Positions 26,119-39,662 of a DNA stretch of 64,000 nucleotides are shown here, piece after piece. Position 1 is the stretch's first letter; every line of letters starts with the position of its first letter. The DNA comes from Vicugna vicugna (lineage: Eukaryota). A program made the position numbers and the translations under genes. A model generated the notes under the pieces. It saw only the letters and a program-made list of their open reading frames with translations. It did no database searches and was not told the DNA's origin. The stretch lies in contig MU057984.1 in assembly GCA_013265495.1 (NCBI GenBank), forward strand, positions 186,001 through 250,000, given 5' to 3'.

Positions 26119-29100
26119 CTGTTTAAAGGTAAACATTCATAACATGTATGTCCTAACTGCATACTTTTTATTTGCAACACTTAATATAGTACACATAAAA
26201 ATTTTAACAGAAAAGTCTTTTATTAATATTTAACATGCATTGTTTTAATCTTTCCTTTCTTTTTCAAATTGCTTTTGATGTTATTGAAAAATCAGTGTGT
26301 TTTCACACTGAAAAAAAGAAGGCAAGAGACCAATATTCAAGTATTAAACATATTTCAATGTATATAAGTTTACTGATAACAACAAAAAAGAGAAATCTTA
26401 ATGAAAACTATGCATTGCTGCTCAAGGTTTTATTTTTTTTAATCAGTTTATCTAACAAACTGGGTAGTAATTGCTGTATGAAGTTTCTACAATCTTAGGG
26501 AGAATTTTAAATAAAATTTGGTTATCACATCAAGGCAAAGAAGGTGAGGCAAAGATTAAAATCCCATTAAACAGAAGTGTGTACAACTAATTGTTATATT
26601 ATTTATACCCATCACCTAGTAGAGTGTATGTTCTATTATCAAATACTATGAAAAGTATGGCTCAAAAATTAGTGAAGGAGACTGAATGTGGCCACTGTTC
26701 TTATCTGAGTTTCATAAGCCCACAAAGATCTGTTTGAAAATGTTCCCTTTGTATCATTTAGAATAAAAGTCCCTTGAGACTCCATTCTGTACCAAACACT
26801 TTGCTAATGTTACTGATGAATGAAGAGATCATTAAATAAAAAGCAGTGAACAATGTCCTAGTTTATCACCTCTCAAACTACATAGAGGTTTCCCAGCTTA
26901 AGTTCCAATAAAAACATGGAAATTTGCTTTAAGATTGTTTCAAAGTAGGATAGGTGGTGACAGAAAATCTATAAAATACTGTCACAGTAGTGAGAATTAA
27001 AGGCAAGTTTTATCTGCATGTATCTTCAAATGACTATATTACTTTTAATTAGAGATTCTACCAGCGTAAGTTCACTAGATTTTCACTTATGATGTCCCAA
27101 TTTGATCACATGTAATTGACTGACTGGAATCAAGCGTCAGAGTTCAACTACATTAACAACTGTTTTATGTAAATTACTTACTTTTTGGCTATTTTACAAA
27201 ACAAATTCTGGAGGACAGAAATTGGGTTACTTTAATCACTGGGAATGAGCCAAACTACAAAACCAAGAAGGTCATGTTTTCACATTTTGCCAAGTGGCCT
27301 GGAATATTGGCGCTTCTAAATTGAACCACATCCCACCATTCTTGGACATTAGTATCCAACAATCACTCTAGCATTGCTTACATTATCCACCTGGGTACAA
27401 AGGGAAATTAAAAAGCATCCCAGAGAACAGGTGCATTTTTTTAAAAAAAAAAAGAAGTAACAGTTTTAGTGCATCTTTATCTCAAACTTCTTTGAAAGGA
27501 AACACAATAAAACCATTAAAGAGCCAATTCCGATGACTCTGAAAGATGAAACAAGTGGAGGTAAAAGACAGCAGATGTAGCTTTCACGCTGAGCAGAGCT
27601 TAAGGGCATTCAAGCTTGCTAACAATCAACAGAGTTTTCCAGAGACACAGGCTACAAGGATCATAGATACATGTTGGGTAATAAAATCACTCTGATTTCA
27701 CCTCTTTTTCCTTCATTTTCACTATTCTGACCTTTGGACACAGTGAGTCACATAATTGAGTACAAATGAAATAAATAATGGCAACTATTTGGAAATAACA
27801 ATCAAAAAACTGAAAACCAAGAAAGAAGAGCTCAGAACAGCATGCTTGATACCAAGGAGAAGGCTAGATGATCACATTTGCTGCCGATCAGTGTTCCTCT
27901 TATTCTGTTACGCAGTAACACACTGTCATTGAGAGACTCTGGTGGCCTGTTATGAGTTTATGGTATTTGTAGTTGTGATGTCCTAACCAAATTCATCTCA
28001 GGATTCAAAATCTATACAAACAACTTTTGTGTGAAGTTAGATTTTCACAGTGCAGAGTTCTTCACATGGATGCAAATCAGAAACAAAGGAAACAAGTAAT
28101 GAACCGTAGCCATTTCCTTAAGTTCAGCAAAGAGTCATATTCAGAAATAGCTAAAACTTATCCTATTAGCATTGTCATTACTAGATTTTAGATTAATCAG
28201 CTAGCTACTCAGGTGTGTGTGTTAGTTGATATTTATCAGTGAAATCAAGAGAGGGACAGAAATCTGTTTTTCCCTGATGGTTAAAAGTAATTGCAAACTC
28301 TTAGAAAAGTAAGCCCTAACATTTTATTTCTAAATATACCTTCTTTAAATGCCTACACATATATAATACATACTGTATTTCAAAAAGTTCATTCAATTAA
28401 TACTTTAGGATGAACTGGTTTTGCCTGCAACGAACGTCGACTAGATGAATTAAAAGAAGAGGAAGTCCTGAATGATTCAAGCATAGAAAGTGAAAAATAA
28501 AAGCCAAAAAGAAAAGGCAACAAAAATCACAAAGGTTGGGGCAATACATTGAAAAGGTTGAAGCGGTCTGGATTCAGTAGCTAAAAGGATGGTTATTGAT
28601 TTAAGTCTGACTGTAGATAAAACCTTGGAGATTTGCTACAACTTGAAAGGAGAGGCTTAGGGTAACTGAAATCAAACAGGATTTTCTAAAGCTATCAAGA
28701 CGGAGGACTGATCATTGCCATGCTGATGTGCCAGATACCTTGAGTAGACACAGTTGCCACCGAAAATGTAAGCAACTAAACTGTCCCCCAGAATTAAGTA
28801 AGATGAAGGGGCTGACCCTGCTATGAAGCAATGATTTAAAAGATCTGCCCTGTTAAAAGTATTTCTGTGAAAGACAGTGATCTCTACTATACCTTCCCTT
28901 TTGTATGAGAAGGATTACTGTTTGTCTGTTTTCTTTAATATTTTTGAGATACTATTCCTTTAATATTTTGAGAGTCAAGCATATTTCCACAGTATTGCTT
29001 CAGGTCATGTATAAGTCAGTAATCATGTAGAAAATTTAATAGCCTCAAAAAATTTTTTTTCTAAATGACTTTTTTTTTTTTTTGGAAAAGAGGGCACGTC

Positions 29101-29339
29101 AGTTACTCACAGGTCTTGCACTGACATGGGGAACCCCCTGTATTATATTTGCTTCTACTGCCTTGCAGATGGTAGGGTTCTGAAAGTTCCTTGGTGTCCC
29201 ATAGGATATAAAGTATATACTTCCATTTACTTAACTCCTGCATCACTTCCAGAAGTAAAAAATAATAATAAATGTAAAAACATATGTAAAATTTTCATTG
29301 GTAGTAATACAATTATGACTCGGCAATCTGTAGGTAGCT

Positions 29340-29560
29340 GTGAGAATAGTCATGAAGATGGGCTGAAGCCAGATGTCCTGGGTTCAGGTCAGGGTTCGAC
29401 CTCCTACTAGATGCCTGATGTTAATTTCTGGGCATCTCATATCCCTGACCCGTAAAATGGGGTTGACCGTACTTCTGCCATAGGACTATGGTGGCGATGA
29501 ATTGAAATAATTCTTAGAATGGCATGTAGTAAGTTTAGAGATGCTTTAAAAATGAACTAT
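29340..29560 (+). mobile_element. MIR SINE
   Basis: ctgaagccagatgtcctgggttcaggtc...cgtaaaatggggttgaccgtacttctgccataggactatggtggcgatgaattga. Confidence 0.7.
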
Positions 29561-29952
29561 CATTTTTTAAAATTTATATTCAGACAAAAACAGAGTAATA
29601 CTTGCAAGACTACATTTTATACAGCTTTATATTTAAGTTCATGAGAACTTGAGTAATAAAATCTAAGTCAGAAAATTAACATAAATGCTAGCCATTTAAT
29701 ATTTACATTAAAATACTTATGTTTTAAATCTGGGCATACAGTCTCCTTCATTCAAGTGATCTAAGGATTTAAAAATTTTCTTAAATATATGCACATACAT
29801 GATGTATACTATATTTTTAGAAGTTCATTTAAATAATAATTTACAATAAATTTGTTCTGCCTGCAAAGATGTCAAATGGATGAATTAGAGTTACTTATTT
29901 ATTGACTTTGACATTTAATCAACCTGTCTTGGTCCAAGAGCACTCTGCATAC

Positions 29953-30066
29953 CTGAGTACAGTGGAAGACGATGGAAGTCTGATGGCCAGTTCTTCCAAG
30001 AGCAGAAGGACGAAAGTGAACAAGCATGTCTATGGTGGAGTGAGGAGGTATGATCAGTTGTGTACA
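29953..30066 (-). CDS. CFAP47: CFAP47 internal coding exon, CTQLIIPPHSTIDMLVHFRPSALGRTGHQTSIVFHCTQ
   Basis: Donor CAG|gtatgc is clear; the acceptor is placed at the only in-frame AG after the pyrimidine tract (ttctttctaag); 114 nt, phase 0-0; LIIxPHST, PSALGR and CTQ motifs. The acceptor-side boundary is less certain (see findings). Confidence 0.85.
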
Positions 30067-30917
30067 CTTAGAAAGAAGAAAGAGAAATAAAAATCAATAC
30101 TTTTGTTTGAGCCAGCATCTTTGTGCACTAGATATATGCAGGGTTGTTATTTGCATGATTAATGTGTTGCCTTGTACACATTAACCATTCTCAGTGTGCC
30201 TGCTTGGCGACTACCTGTGAAACAGCCCATGGTAACCAGTGTTTAGAAGTGCTCACACCATGTTCTTCACCTAGAAAATGACCACATTGATCTATAAAAA
30301 GAAATCAAGATTAATTTTTTTTCAAGATTAATTTTTTAAGCTGAATTAGAATCTGCAATAATAGAAACATGTGTTTATTTAAGAATCCTTAGTTTATTGT
30401 CCATCCCAAGATACATGTCAAACCCCTGGGAACCCAATTTGTAGTCTTGGTGATGTCAGAAGAAACGAACTAAGTCTCAGTGCAGATGTAAGAGATGCTT
30501 CTTTGGTGTACAATAACGTTTTCTCTTTGTCTTATCATACATACCCTCAAGGTGTGACCTGCTCGAATAATTTGAATTTGAACTATATTAGTCTGAGTTA
30601 CCTCTTTAGAGATGGTGAAAGAAGCCAGAAACTCTGTCATAATATAATGAGGGCTTGAAGATCCTATGTAATCAAAAGGCTACACTGTGAATGATGTAAT
30701 ATTTAATATCAACATTTATAGAATGACAGAATGTTTGAAAAAGTAAGTCAATTACTTTTTCACTCATGTATTTTGCCAGATAACCTGTAAAAAAGCAAAC
30801 TTGCAGTTTAGCAGTGTCATTCAATCCTTATAGAATGTAGCACTTGATGTTCAATAAACTCAAAATGATCATGAAAAAAACCCCACAAACTTAATTTTAG
30901 AACAGTTACCTCCTTAT

Positions 30918-30948
<31 letters not shown>

Positions 30949-31000
30949 ATGTGTATATATATATGTGTGTGTGTGTGTGTATCTATATCTATATATATAT
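30918..31000. repeat. Compound (TA)n/(TG)n microsatellite
   Basis: Directly visible alternating TA and TG tracts. Confidence 0.95.
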
Positions 31001-32092
31001 GGCTTATCTACAGTAAATTTTTTGTTCAGTCTCCAGCTGGCTCTCCCTCTGATATCTCGAATATTTTCAAGTTATGACTTAATGTACATTTAAGGAGTTT
31101 AACTTCAGTATCAACTTCAGCAAAAAAATAAGTAAGAAAGGTTGCATTTTATATGTTCTTTCAATTTAGCAAATGTGACAAAAAAGGTTTCTTCTCCTCT
31201 TTCCTCTATATAGACAGACAGATGAGAAATCATCCATTTTATTGGAAGAATATATAATACTACATTAACTTAGATTTTAATTCTAGTTCTATCACTTACT
31301 AATCATGTGGCTTAAGTATTTTAGCCTCTCTGGCCTCAAATTCTTCTTCTATAAATATCTGTCAGAAGCATGTAGTGAAGACTAAAGTAGTGTATAGACT
31401 CAAGCAATAACTTAATAAAATTGCTTTATTTCCACCTAAAATTCACTAAAAAGTCCATCTCCCATGGTTTCAAGGAAAGAAAGATAAACACTGTTGGTTG
31501 GAATTTAACTGTAGCAAACCTACAGGTTTAGTGTGATAGGACATATATATAATATATTAAATACAGGAAATTTATGAAACTTCACATTTTATTACAAACA
31601 AGTGTCATCATGAGGACCAATTCCAATGTGTGAGCTAACATTAGATCCTAGTTTAAGAGCGAAAGAAACTCTTGTGACAGTTAAGTAAACATAAATTTGG
31701 ACAGGATACTAGATGATGCATGAGACTAAATGCTCTTCAGAAATATAATCTGAATGACTTTGTGCTGAAATAGCATCTACAACTTACCTTCAGATTAAAT
31801 AGTAAGAAATGTACGAGAGAAAAGACAGAAAAAATGTAACAAACTATTAATATAGGAACCGCGATAGAAGGTGTTAAGTTTGTGCACTGTATTATTCTTT
31901 CAACTTCTGTATCTTTTTGAAATTTTTCATAATATATAGATGGAGGGAAAAGTTTTTAATATCATTATTTGCCATGATAATCAATCTATGCTTACTTATT
32001 GAAGCATTTATGGCTCATCACCAATATTTAAAAATCCTTAACATGTAAACGTGAATATTATGCAACAAAACCAGGTGTAAAGTTACATATAC

Positions 32093-32095
<3 letters not shown>

Positions 32096-32132
<37 letters not shown>
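32096..32132. repeat. (TG)n microsatellite
   Basis: Uninterrupted TG run of about 18 units. Confidence 0.95.
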
Positions 32133-32135
<3 letters not shown>

Positions 32136-33528
32136 GTGATATATACATTATAAACCTATATACATAAATAGTATACTTTCCATTTATTATCATTACCATT
32201 AATGTGTGTTCCTATTTGTTCTATAACATATACTGGTGTTTTTCTCATCTATAAATTTGTTTTTGAGCTGTTTCTTAATATTAAAGTTAATTGTTTATTC
32301 AGGGCTCAATAATATTTGCTAAGTGTATAAAAGAACGAATGGACTAGAAAGCCATGGTTGGAAATGTTAAGCGGAGACCATCTTTTTCATTATGCAGTAT
32401 AAGAAGGCGTTTGTAATATAATGCATTTATTTTCTCTTGGGCCACAGATTAGATTCTTCCATTAAAGTTGTGATACAAAGGACATGAAAACACCACTGAC
32501 TAATGAATAAGTTCAGTTATATGTAAACTATAGTGTGAACATCATATTCTGTTTAATTTATGGAAAATATGGTGTTAAGTAATACAAATACGTGTGCATA
32601 TTTTAATATAATTTTTCTAAGATTAAACTATATACACCAATTTTAGCAATGTAATACTTAGCAACATGTGATCTGACACATTATGGCAGTTAAGAACAAG
32701 TTTCTTATCATGATATTAGCTGGCAACCAGTGAGTGACAAGAGACAGGTGTTCAAAATATAAATGAAGAAATCACATTGTAGATTTGTTGAACAATCATC
32801 AAAGAGCAAACAGTAAAAGCCTTCATTTAAATATCTCATCTACTTAATAAGGGCTTCATGAGGACCGTGAGGTCCTCTGAAGAAAATAATCTATTGCAAT
32901 TATCATTTTGAAGTTTAATGAAAGCATGCTTTGGCATTCACTTTCCATATTTGGTATCATATGTTTTGGAAATATAGGCAGGGATGCTAAACCTTCAGAT
33001 CTTGTTTTGCTACTTGGAGGAGAGAGTGATTGAGGCCCACTGACCAGCTCTAGTCTCTGCCAGGGATCAAGGAATGCGAAAATGGGGCAGAGAAAGGAGA
33101 GAGGTGCTGTCAGCACTGTCAGGAAGTAGAGAGGGAGTGGTGGTAGGAGCTCAGGAAAGGCTAAAAAGAACTGGCCTCTTGAGACTTGGACACATAGATT
33201 GACTGTTGAGTCAAAATCATAGTATTGGGAAACTACTGCAAAAACTGGTTACCAAAAGGGTCAGAAATAAAGCACAACCAGTTTACTTAGAGTTCAGTGA
33301 TAATGAGCATTAATCCAGCACATATAATTTTAAAAATTAATAGGGACATGATATTGGTTTTCTTGATAAAATTAAAATTGGGGATATATATATGTGTGTG
33401 ATATTTAAAAATTTTATCATTTGAAACCTGATTAATAATTCAAATGCTAATACTCCACGGTGTCCCCAAATCAGAATTGGAAAATGTTCTAGTAGTGGTA
33501 GGTTGCTTGGCTTTCTGAATATACTTAC

Positions 33529-33637
33529 TGGTGACCGGTTAATCTCCAGGACAAAATGATCAGGATTACTGTTCGTTGCTTGCAATTCTAAAGTTTCATG
33601 TGTAGGATTGTCTACATGAATTATCTCAGTGGCAAAC
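33529..33637 (-). CDS. CFAP47: CFAP47 internal coding exon, (K)FATEIIHVDNPTHETLELQATNSNPDHFVLEINRSP
   Basis: Acceptor ttttccttccag and donor gtaagt; 109 nt, phase 2-0; THETLxLQxTNSNPxxFVL motif. Confidence 0.93.
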
Positions 33638-33709
33638 CTGGAAGGAAAAACAAAGGTAGTGAAGTTGTTCATAATCTTGTTCAACAATAACTTCACAAAC
33701 TTGATGACT

Positions 33710-34045
33710 ATTATGGGTTGAACTGCATCCCCCTAAAAGATACAGGGAGGTTCTAACTCTCAACACCTCAGAATGTGACCTTATTTGGAAGAGGGTCATT
33801 TCAGATGTAATTAGTTAAGCTGTGGTCATACTGGAGTAGGGTGCACTTTAATCCAACATGATTAGTATCCTTATAAGAAGATGATGTAAAGACACATGAG
33901 AAGATGACCATATGAGAATGGAGGTAAAGATGCATCTATAAGTCAAGGAACACCAAAGATGGCCAGAAGCCAGAAGAGACAAGAAGGAGTCTCCCTTTTT
34001 GGTCTCACAGTAAGCATAGTCCTGCTGAAACCTTGATTTCAAACT
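33710..34045 (+). mobile_element. MaLR LTR (MLT1B/C-like), 3'-incomplete
   Basis: ttatgggttgaactgcatccccctaaaagatac...cctcagaatgtgaccttatttggaag...ccttgatttcaaacttctagcc. Confidence 0.85.
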
Positions 34046-34555
34046 TCTAGCCATTCTACAGGTGTGTTAGAATATCTCAGTGTTTCCATATTGAAAGAGA
34101 CCCCACCTATCCAGAAAAGAATTTACAAAAATAGAGCCACACCAATATGTATCTTCAAGAATTGTAAGGCAATTGGGTACAATTAAACACCATGCAAACT
34201 TGGGAAGAAGATAAAGATCCAGGACAGGACTCGTGAAAAAAATAGTGACTATCAAACATCTTTTAATACTATGTGACTTTAAACTATATACAGTTTGACT
34301 TAGATAAAAAGAAATTAAGTTTTAGGAAAACATGTTAAAGAAACTCAAAGACATAAAAAGAAAGAAAAAAGGTAAACAATTTTTAGTAGGATAAAAAAAA
34401 ACATGACTGTAAAATTGGTTCAGCCCAGTATTTTCACAAGACTTTCTTACATTTATTAACAACTGTACCTACATACATGTATATAGTTTTCACATATCTG
34501 TATATATATTAAAACAAGAAAAAACAGAAATCTAGAAATAAATTTGTAAATAACT

Positions 34556-35130
34556 TGTAGCAGACACTGCCAGTACTCTACCTAGTTTCCCTAGAAGATT
34601 TTTACCAAGTCTCTGTCCCCATCTCCCAACTTTCACATATGTGCTGTTTACCTTCCATCTGAGACCTTCAGATGATTGCCCTGGGGTCCTGAAGCCTCCT
34701 CAGCCCCACAGCAGAAGTGCCTGGGAATTTATAGTTCATCCAGAGGAAGCTTATAGTGACTAGTATGGGAGTTCAAAAACCTTGGGGAGGGAATAGCTCA
34801 GTGGTCGAGTGTGTGCTTAGCATGCATGAGGTCCTGGGTTCAATCTCCAGTACTTCCATTTAAAAAACAAAAGAGAGAGAGAAGAAAAAGAAAAAGAAAA
34901 AGAAAAAGAAAAAGAAAAAGAAAAAAACAGCCTAGAATCTTGGCATCGAGCCAAGACAAACTCTGAGATGTGATTTATGCTCCAGAGCCCTCTGCAGGAC
35001 CAGATCAAGTTTGGGACTCTACCTGCAATCACACCCTTGCTTAGCTTCTTCCCTTTGCTTATTCTACATTCCCTATTCTCTTACTTCTTTTTCTTACTGG
35101 GTTCACCTCCTCAATAAATCACTTGCAGTG
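34556..35130 (+). mobile_element. ERVL-type LTR (LTR16/LTR33-like) interrupted by a SINE
   Basis: tgtagcagacactgcc start; ctccagagccctctgcaggaccagatcaag...ctcctcaataaatcacttgca 3' part. Confidence 0.6.
34784..34928 (+). mobile_element. tRNA-Ala-derived SINE (camelid vic-1 type) with (GAAAAA)n tail
   Basis: ggggagggaatagctcagtggtcgagtgtgtgcttagcatgcatgaggtcctgggttcaatctccagtacttcca has Pol III A and B boxes, followed by an A-rich tail. Confidence 0.88.
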
Positions 35131-35232
35131 ATGTTCACACCCATAAAACCACCACCACAATCAAGACATACTCTTTAAAAGCAGGAATTGTGGTTGCCCC
35201 TTGGTTACCAGCACTAAACTTAGTGCCAGACA

Positions 35233-35766
35233 TGTAACAGGAACTCAATCACCTAAATAGAAATGGTCATATCTCAAGGGCACATGGTATTAACCAAGGG
35301 ACCAAGTATTCTCAATTGCCCATTGGTTAACCTCCGCTTCGCCGTAACTAAACTTTAGTCAGCCTTCTATCTTTCCTACAGGCCCCTGAACTCTGTTCCC
35401 AAGCTTGAGCAAGCACAAAAAATGTGCAACGTGCCTCCCAACTGGGCTTCTCCTGGGGATCAACTGACCACAGAGAGACCTTTTTCCTATCAGTCCCTAC
35501 TGGTCATTTTCCCTTCCTTGTCCAGCTTTCCCTCCAAGAACTCTGGTTATCTCTGCTTACCCCTCCTTGAGCCTAGAAAAGAAAAAGCCTGTTCCGTTTG
35601 CTGTTGAGACGTTTGTAGATTTCTGAGAGGTGAATGATCTCCAAATTGCAACAGTCCCCCTCCAACTACCCCTCCAACTATTTCAATAGTCCCTTTTCCT
35701 CCCTTGCAATAATCATTTTGAAGAAAAGCCTCTCTTTACTAAGTCCTGAGCTGTTTTTCTTTCACA
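35233..35766 (+). mobile_element. Solo LTR (ERV1-like)
   Basis: TG...CA ends (tgtaacagg ... ttttctttcaca), about 530 bp, C-rich U3 and LTR-like U5. Confidence 0.65.
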
Positions 35767-35786
35767 CATGTTTTCCACAGGATAGT

Positions 35787-35880
35787 GTGCATTTGTTTAT
35801 TTATATATTTATTGAAGTGTAGTCAGTTTACAAAGTTTTGTTAATTTCTGGTATAGAGCATAGTGATTCAGTTATATATA
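35787..35880 (-). mobile_element. Tiny L1 3'-end insertion with 14-bp TSD
   Basis: Antisense L1 tail (ttattgaagtgtagtcagtttacaaag); TSD ttccacaggatagt (35773-35786) vs ttccacagggtagt (35881-35894). Confidence 0.8.
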
Positions 35881-36044
35881 TTCCACAGGGTAGTTTAAAT
35901 ATCAAACTTCCCTGGAGAAGTAAATCAATTAGTAAAATATATATTTATGTCTTATTTTAAAAGATTAAATGCATTATAACAATACTCTTTTAGATAAACT
36001 TTTTTTCTTCCACAAAATAATTTTATCTATTAAATCAAACTTAC

Positions 36045-36152
36045 TTTCCAAGGTCACAATTTAATTCTGGCAGTATGGCTGGTTCTGGTCCATCAGTAGT
36101 TACCTTCAGTAAATACCAAAACTCTATACCTGTACGAGGCTGAAAAATAATG
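36045..36152 (-). CDS. CFAP47: CFAP47 internal coding exon, (S)IIFQPRTGIEFWYLLKVTTDGPEPAILPELNCDLG(K)
   Basis: Acceptor ttctctccaccag and donor gtaagt; 108 nt, phase 2-2; SIIFQP, EFWYLLK and CDLGK match recalled CFAP47. Confidence 0.93.
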
Positions 36153-36609
36153 CTGGTGGAGAGAAATATACAAAATCTTGTCAGCAGTTTTAGTTTGTGC
36201 ATAATATGAACTTGGCAGGAAAAAAACAAATCCCAAATAAGTAGTTTCAAATATAATATTTGACAATTACTCTGTGACACATTCTACTCTTGTAGATATA
36301 TTTAAAATTGTTTCCATTTTTGGTGAGAAAATCACTTCATTATTCAAGAAAAAGTGTTATCGTTACTATGTGTTTAATAAATTCCTGTTGAATCAATGAA
36401 AAATGCTTAAACAGAGGTGATTCAAATGTCTTACAGGAGCTATATCAAGCAAAGTCCTGCATGTGAACTGTGAATAAATCAAATTTAGTTTGTTGAGTCC
36501 AACACATGCACATTTTCATATGAAGGCTATATAGTCACATGCAGCTCTGGAGAGCTTCCTTTATCATCAGTATGTGCTCACCTTTGGGAAGACAGAGACA
36601 GATTGTGTG

Positions 36610-36830
36610 ACAGTCTAAAAGTAAAACTGTGCTGGTATTCCAGCTCTGTCATCTTTTATTTGTACGGCCTTGAACAAGTCACCTAACTTTTTGAACTTCA
36701 ATTTCATCACTTATAAAATGGGAGCAATCATTTCTAACTCTTACGGTTACTGTGAGAATTTTAGGTATGTATGCATGTAAAATACACGTTCCAGTGATGA
36801 CAACAGAGCAGGCAGTCAGTCAGTATCAGC
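36610..36830 (+). mobile_element. MIR SINE
   Basis: gccttgaacaagtcacctaactttttgaacttcaatttcatcacttataaaatgggag core. Confidence 0.8.
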
Positions 36831-37737
36831 CCAAAGTACATCTTTTAATGTATGGTGATAAAGAAAATTCAAGATTCAGTCTGTGCTCACAAAGCCTCTA
36901 TAGTCACACTGAGGGGAGAAGACGAACCCATATTTCTAATGGTAATCTATCAAAATAGTGCCTTTTATAATACATTATAATTTACATTTTCATGCTTCAC
37001 ATAAAATTTTTATCCTTTGAAATTTCACAAATATATTCATTTATTCATTGTTCATTAAAATAAGAATTATTCTAACTCTGAAAGAGCATATAAACTAGCA
37101 AAGGGCATCTTCAGAGTAATGGAATGCATTGTACACACCAATACTAAGTATAATCTTTAAAACTACAATGAATAAATTAGATGACTTTTGAAACAAATAA
37201 AGTTGATTATTTTACTATAAGCTAAGTTAATCATGAGCATAGAGGCTATGTGTTTGTGTGTGTGTACATGAATACACAATGCAAAGAAAGTTTTTCATAA
37301 TTATGCTGTGAGAACACTTGTCATTGCACTCTTAATATATGCATGTATTTGGGTGTATGTTAGTGATCTGTATTTAATTGAGAATATAAAATATAAATGA
37401 ATTTTCACCAGGAAAATTGAAAATTTACCCCTTAGTCCTTATGGAATCATTTTCATTTGGTTCAGTTTTTACAGAAAAATATGGTTATTTAAAAGTGAAA
37501 TGAAAAAGAGTATATCAGGAGCAATTTAGGAATTATTTAACATGATAGTCTAACAAATAATATTTTTGCACTAAAAAATAACGGTAACTCTGAATTAGTA
37601 CATTTTACCAATGAATTGTATTAAAGTTAAAACTATGAATAAGTACAATCTGAATGATTACAGCATGCAAATAAATAATTTTACAGATTCATTTCAAAGG
37701 ATCAACAATAAAACATAATGCCACACTCAAATCCTAC

Positions 37738-37913
37738 CTTTCCTCTTTACAGCCTGTAGTCGCTGGAGTATACCTTATGACGGACTTGACAGATTGTAAT
37801 GGAAACAGGGAAAGTTTCCTGTTACCACTAAACGCAGCACTCGATAAGCGCACCTTTATGTGAATTATTTTCCTTTTTGGATTAAAGAGAGGGATTTTGA
37901 TACAAACATTATC
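37738..37913 (-). CDS. CFAP47: CFAP47 internal coding exon, DNVCIKIPLFNPKRKIIHIKVRLSSAAFSGNRKLSLFPLQSVKSVIRYTPATTGCKEE(S)
   Basis: Acceptor ttgtaattctag and donor gtagga; 176 nt, phase 0-2, no stops; locally CpG-rich; CIxIPLxNP and YxPATTG motifs match recalled CFAP47. Confidence 0.9.
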
Positions 37914-38244
37914 CTAGAATTACAAAACAAAAACATAATCAGCTCCTAGTGTCAGCACAGAGTCACTGTCCTATGGAAGCCAATGCAAGGAAAACTTTTA
38001 CACAACATTAGGTCATGTGTTTTATTTTTCTCCTTGATCCACTATTGAATGTATCTCACTCATTTTTAACCTCTCATACATTTTCCTTGTTTAGCCTTGG
38101 TACATGGTAACATTAGTTTTTTTCAACAACAAATACTCTAAGAGACCCATTGAGCAAAATGCTAAGGAAACTGCAAAATTACATTTAAAATATATTTTTC
38201 TTTAGTACCATTATTACTGTGAGATCTGTCTGTCAATGTTTCCT

Positions 38245-38430
38245 CTAGCTGTGGCACTCAGACTTCAGGACACATAAGAATCATCTGCAGAGGCTGCTAA
38301 GATACAGAGGACTGGCCCCTTTCCTCAAAGATTCTGATTCAGTAGATCTGGAATGGGTCTCAAAAACTTCTATTTTAAAAAAGCTGTGGCTGCTGCTGCT
38401 GATTCAGAGGACACACGATTAAGCAGCTCT
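38245..38430. mobile_element. MER5A-type hAT-Charlie DNA transposon
   Basis: aagattctgattcagtagatctggaatgggtctcaaaaacttctattttaaaaaagc core. Confidence 0.75.
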
Positions 38431-39662
38431 CTACATGAGCATCAAGTTCTAGGTACAATTTCAACTAAGAACTCAAATTATGCTGATGATATGACTCCCT
38501 CCTGGTTTAGATTCCTTCCTTCTGTCTGGTTTCTCCTGTCCTGCCTCCTAAGCTACATCCACTCAGTCCTGGAAGGCACTCTTCAGGTTCCAAGACATTT
38601 TCTGATCTGCATTCTGATTCATTCTGGCTAATGACATATTTCATCCCACTACGGCCGTGATCGCCACTACTTGAAGCAAACGTATTAAATGTGATTAAAT
38701 AGGCAGGATGTATCTCAGTCTTAACAAAGACCAGTTGTCTATAATGCCTTAAACAAATGAAATTTGAGAATGTTGGACATTTTAGTCATAATTTAAAGCT
38801 TGGAAATGGATGTACTTTAGAACATGGAGCTATTTTGAAGTTTATAAAATCACATTACAGGAGTGACAAAAAAATCCTTGATAAGTTGGTGGGGACGGGT
38901 GGTGATGCGGAGAGAGTTATTCACAAAACGTACCTTCAAGAGACATGACAGCTTCATCCATGGAAAAAGTATTTGCTTGATTACCTCTAAAAACTATGAG
39001 TGGACAAATACTATATTTTAGGGGGATGGAAATAGCATTTAGTGTGGTAAACAACATCTGGTAAGAAAGATGGAATTCAAGGATATATACAAGTTTACAA
39101 TTACTAGATTACAGTAGATACCATTTGTTACAAATCAGATTTATTTATGAATGCAATAAAAATGACCATCTAAGATAGTTTCAGGGCGTACTAGAATCAT
39201 AGATTCCTAAAATAAATGGGCATTAAATTCCTATAGTAAAATATCCAGGGTTCATAATTATAAAGAAGGAAAAAATATAAAATACAAAGAACTCAACAAT
39301 GGCATTGCATCACAAAGTTTACTATTTCCTAGGTAACTTGACAGATTTTATAAGACTGTTAAAGAACATAGCCTCCTACAAAGTTTCTGAGAGTCACACA
39401 AATCAGCAACTAAACCAAAGGAATATGCCATGATAACAAATAACAACAACCATATATTGGCCTAGAAACTATGCCCAGGTCTTTAAACAGAAAATTGAAA
39501 TGTCTTGTCCAGAAATGAAATTTTGGACTAGACATTTGTGCTGGTCTAGTACTCTGATATTTTTCTGAGAAGATCAGCGTCAGTTTAAGACAATGTTACA
39601 GCTTCTTCAGAGAAGTAAAAATGCTAAGATCTAAACCACTGATTTTCAGAGTAATTCGTTTT

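Noticed and set aside
34784..34857. tRNA-Ala gene (also 39710-39783, 43095-43170, 47720-47796)
   Set aside because: Mismatched stems, A-rich tails, a TSD on at least one copy, and nesting of two copies in older repeats indicate SINEs, not functional tRNAs.
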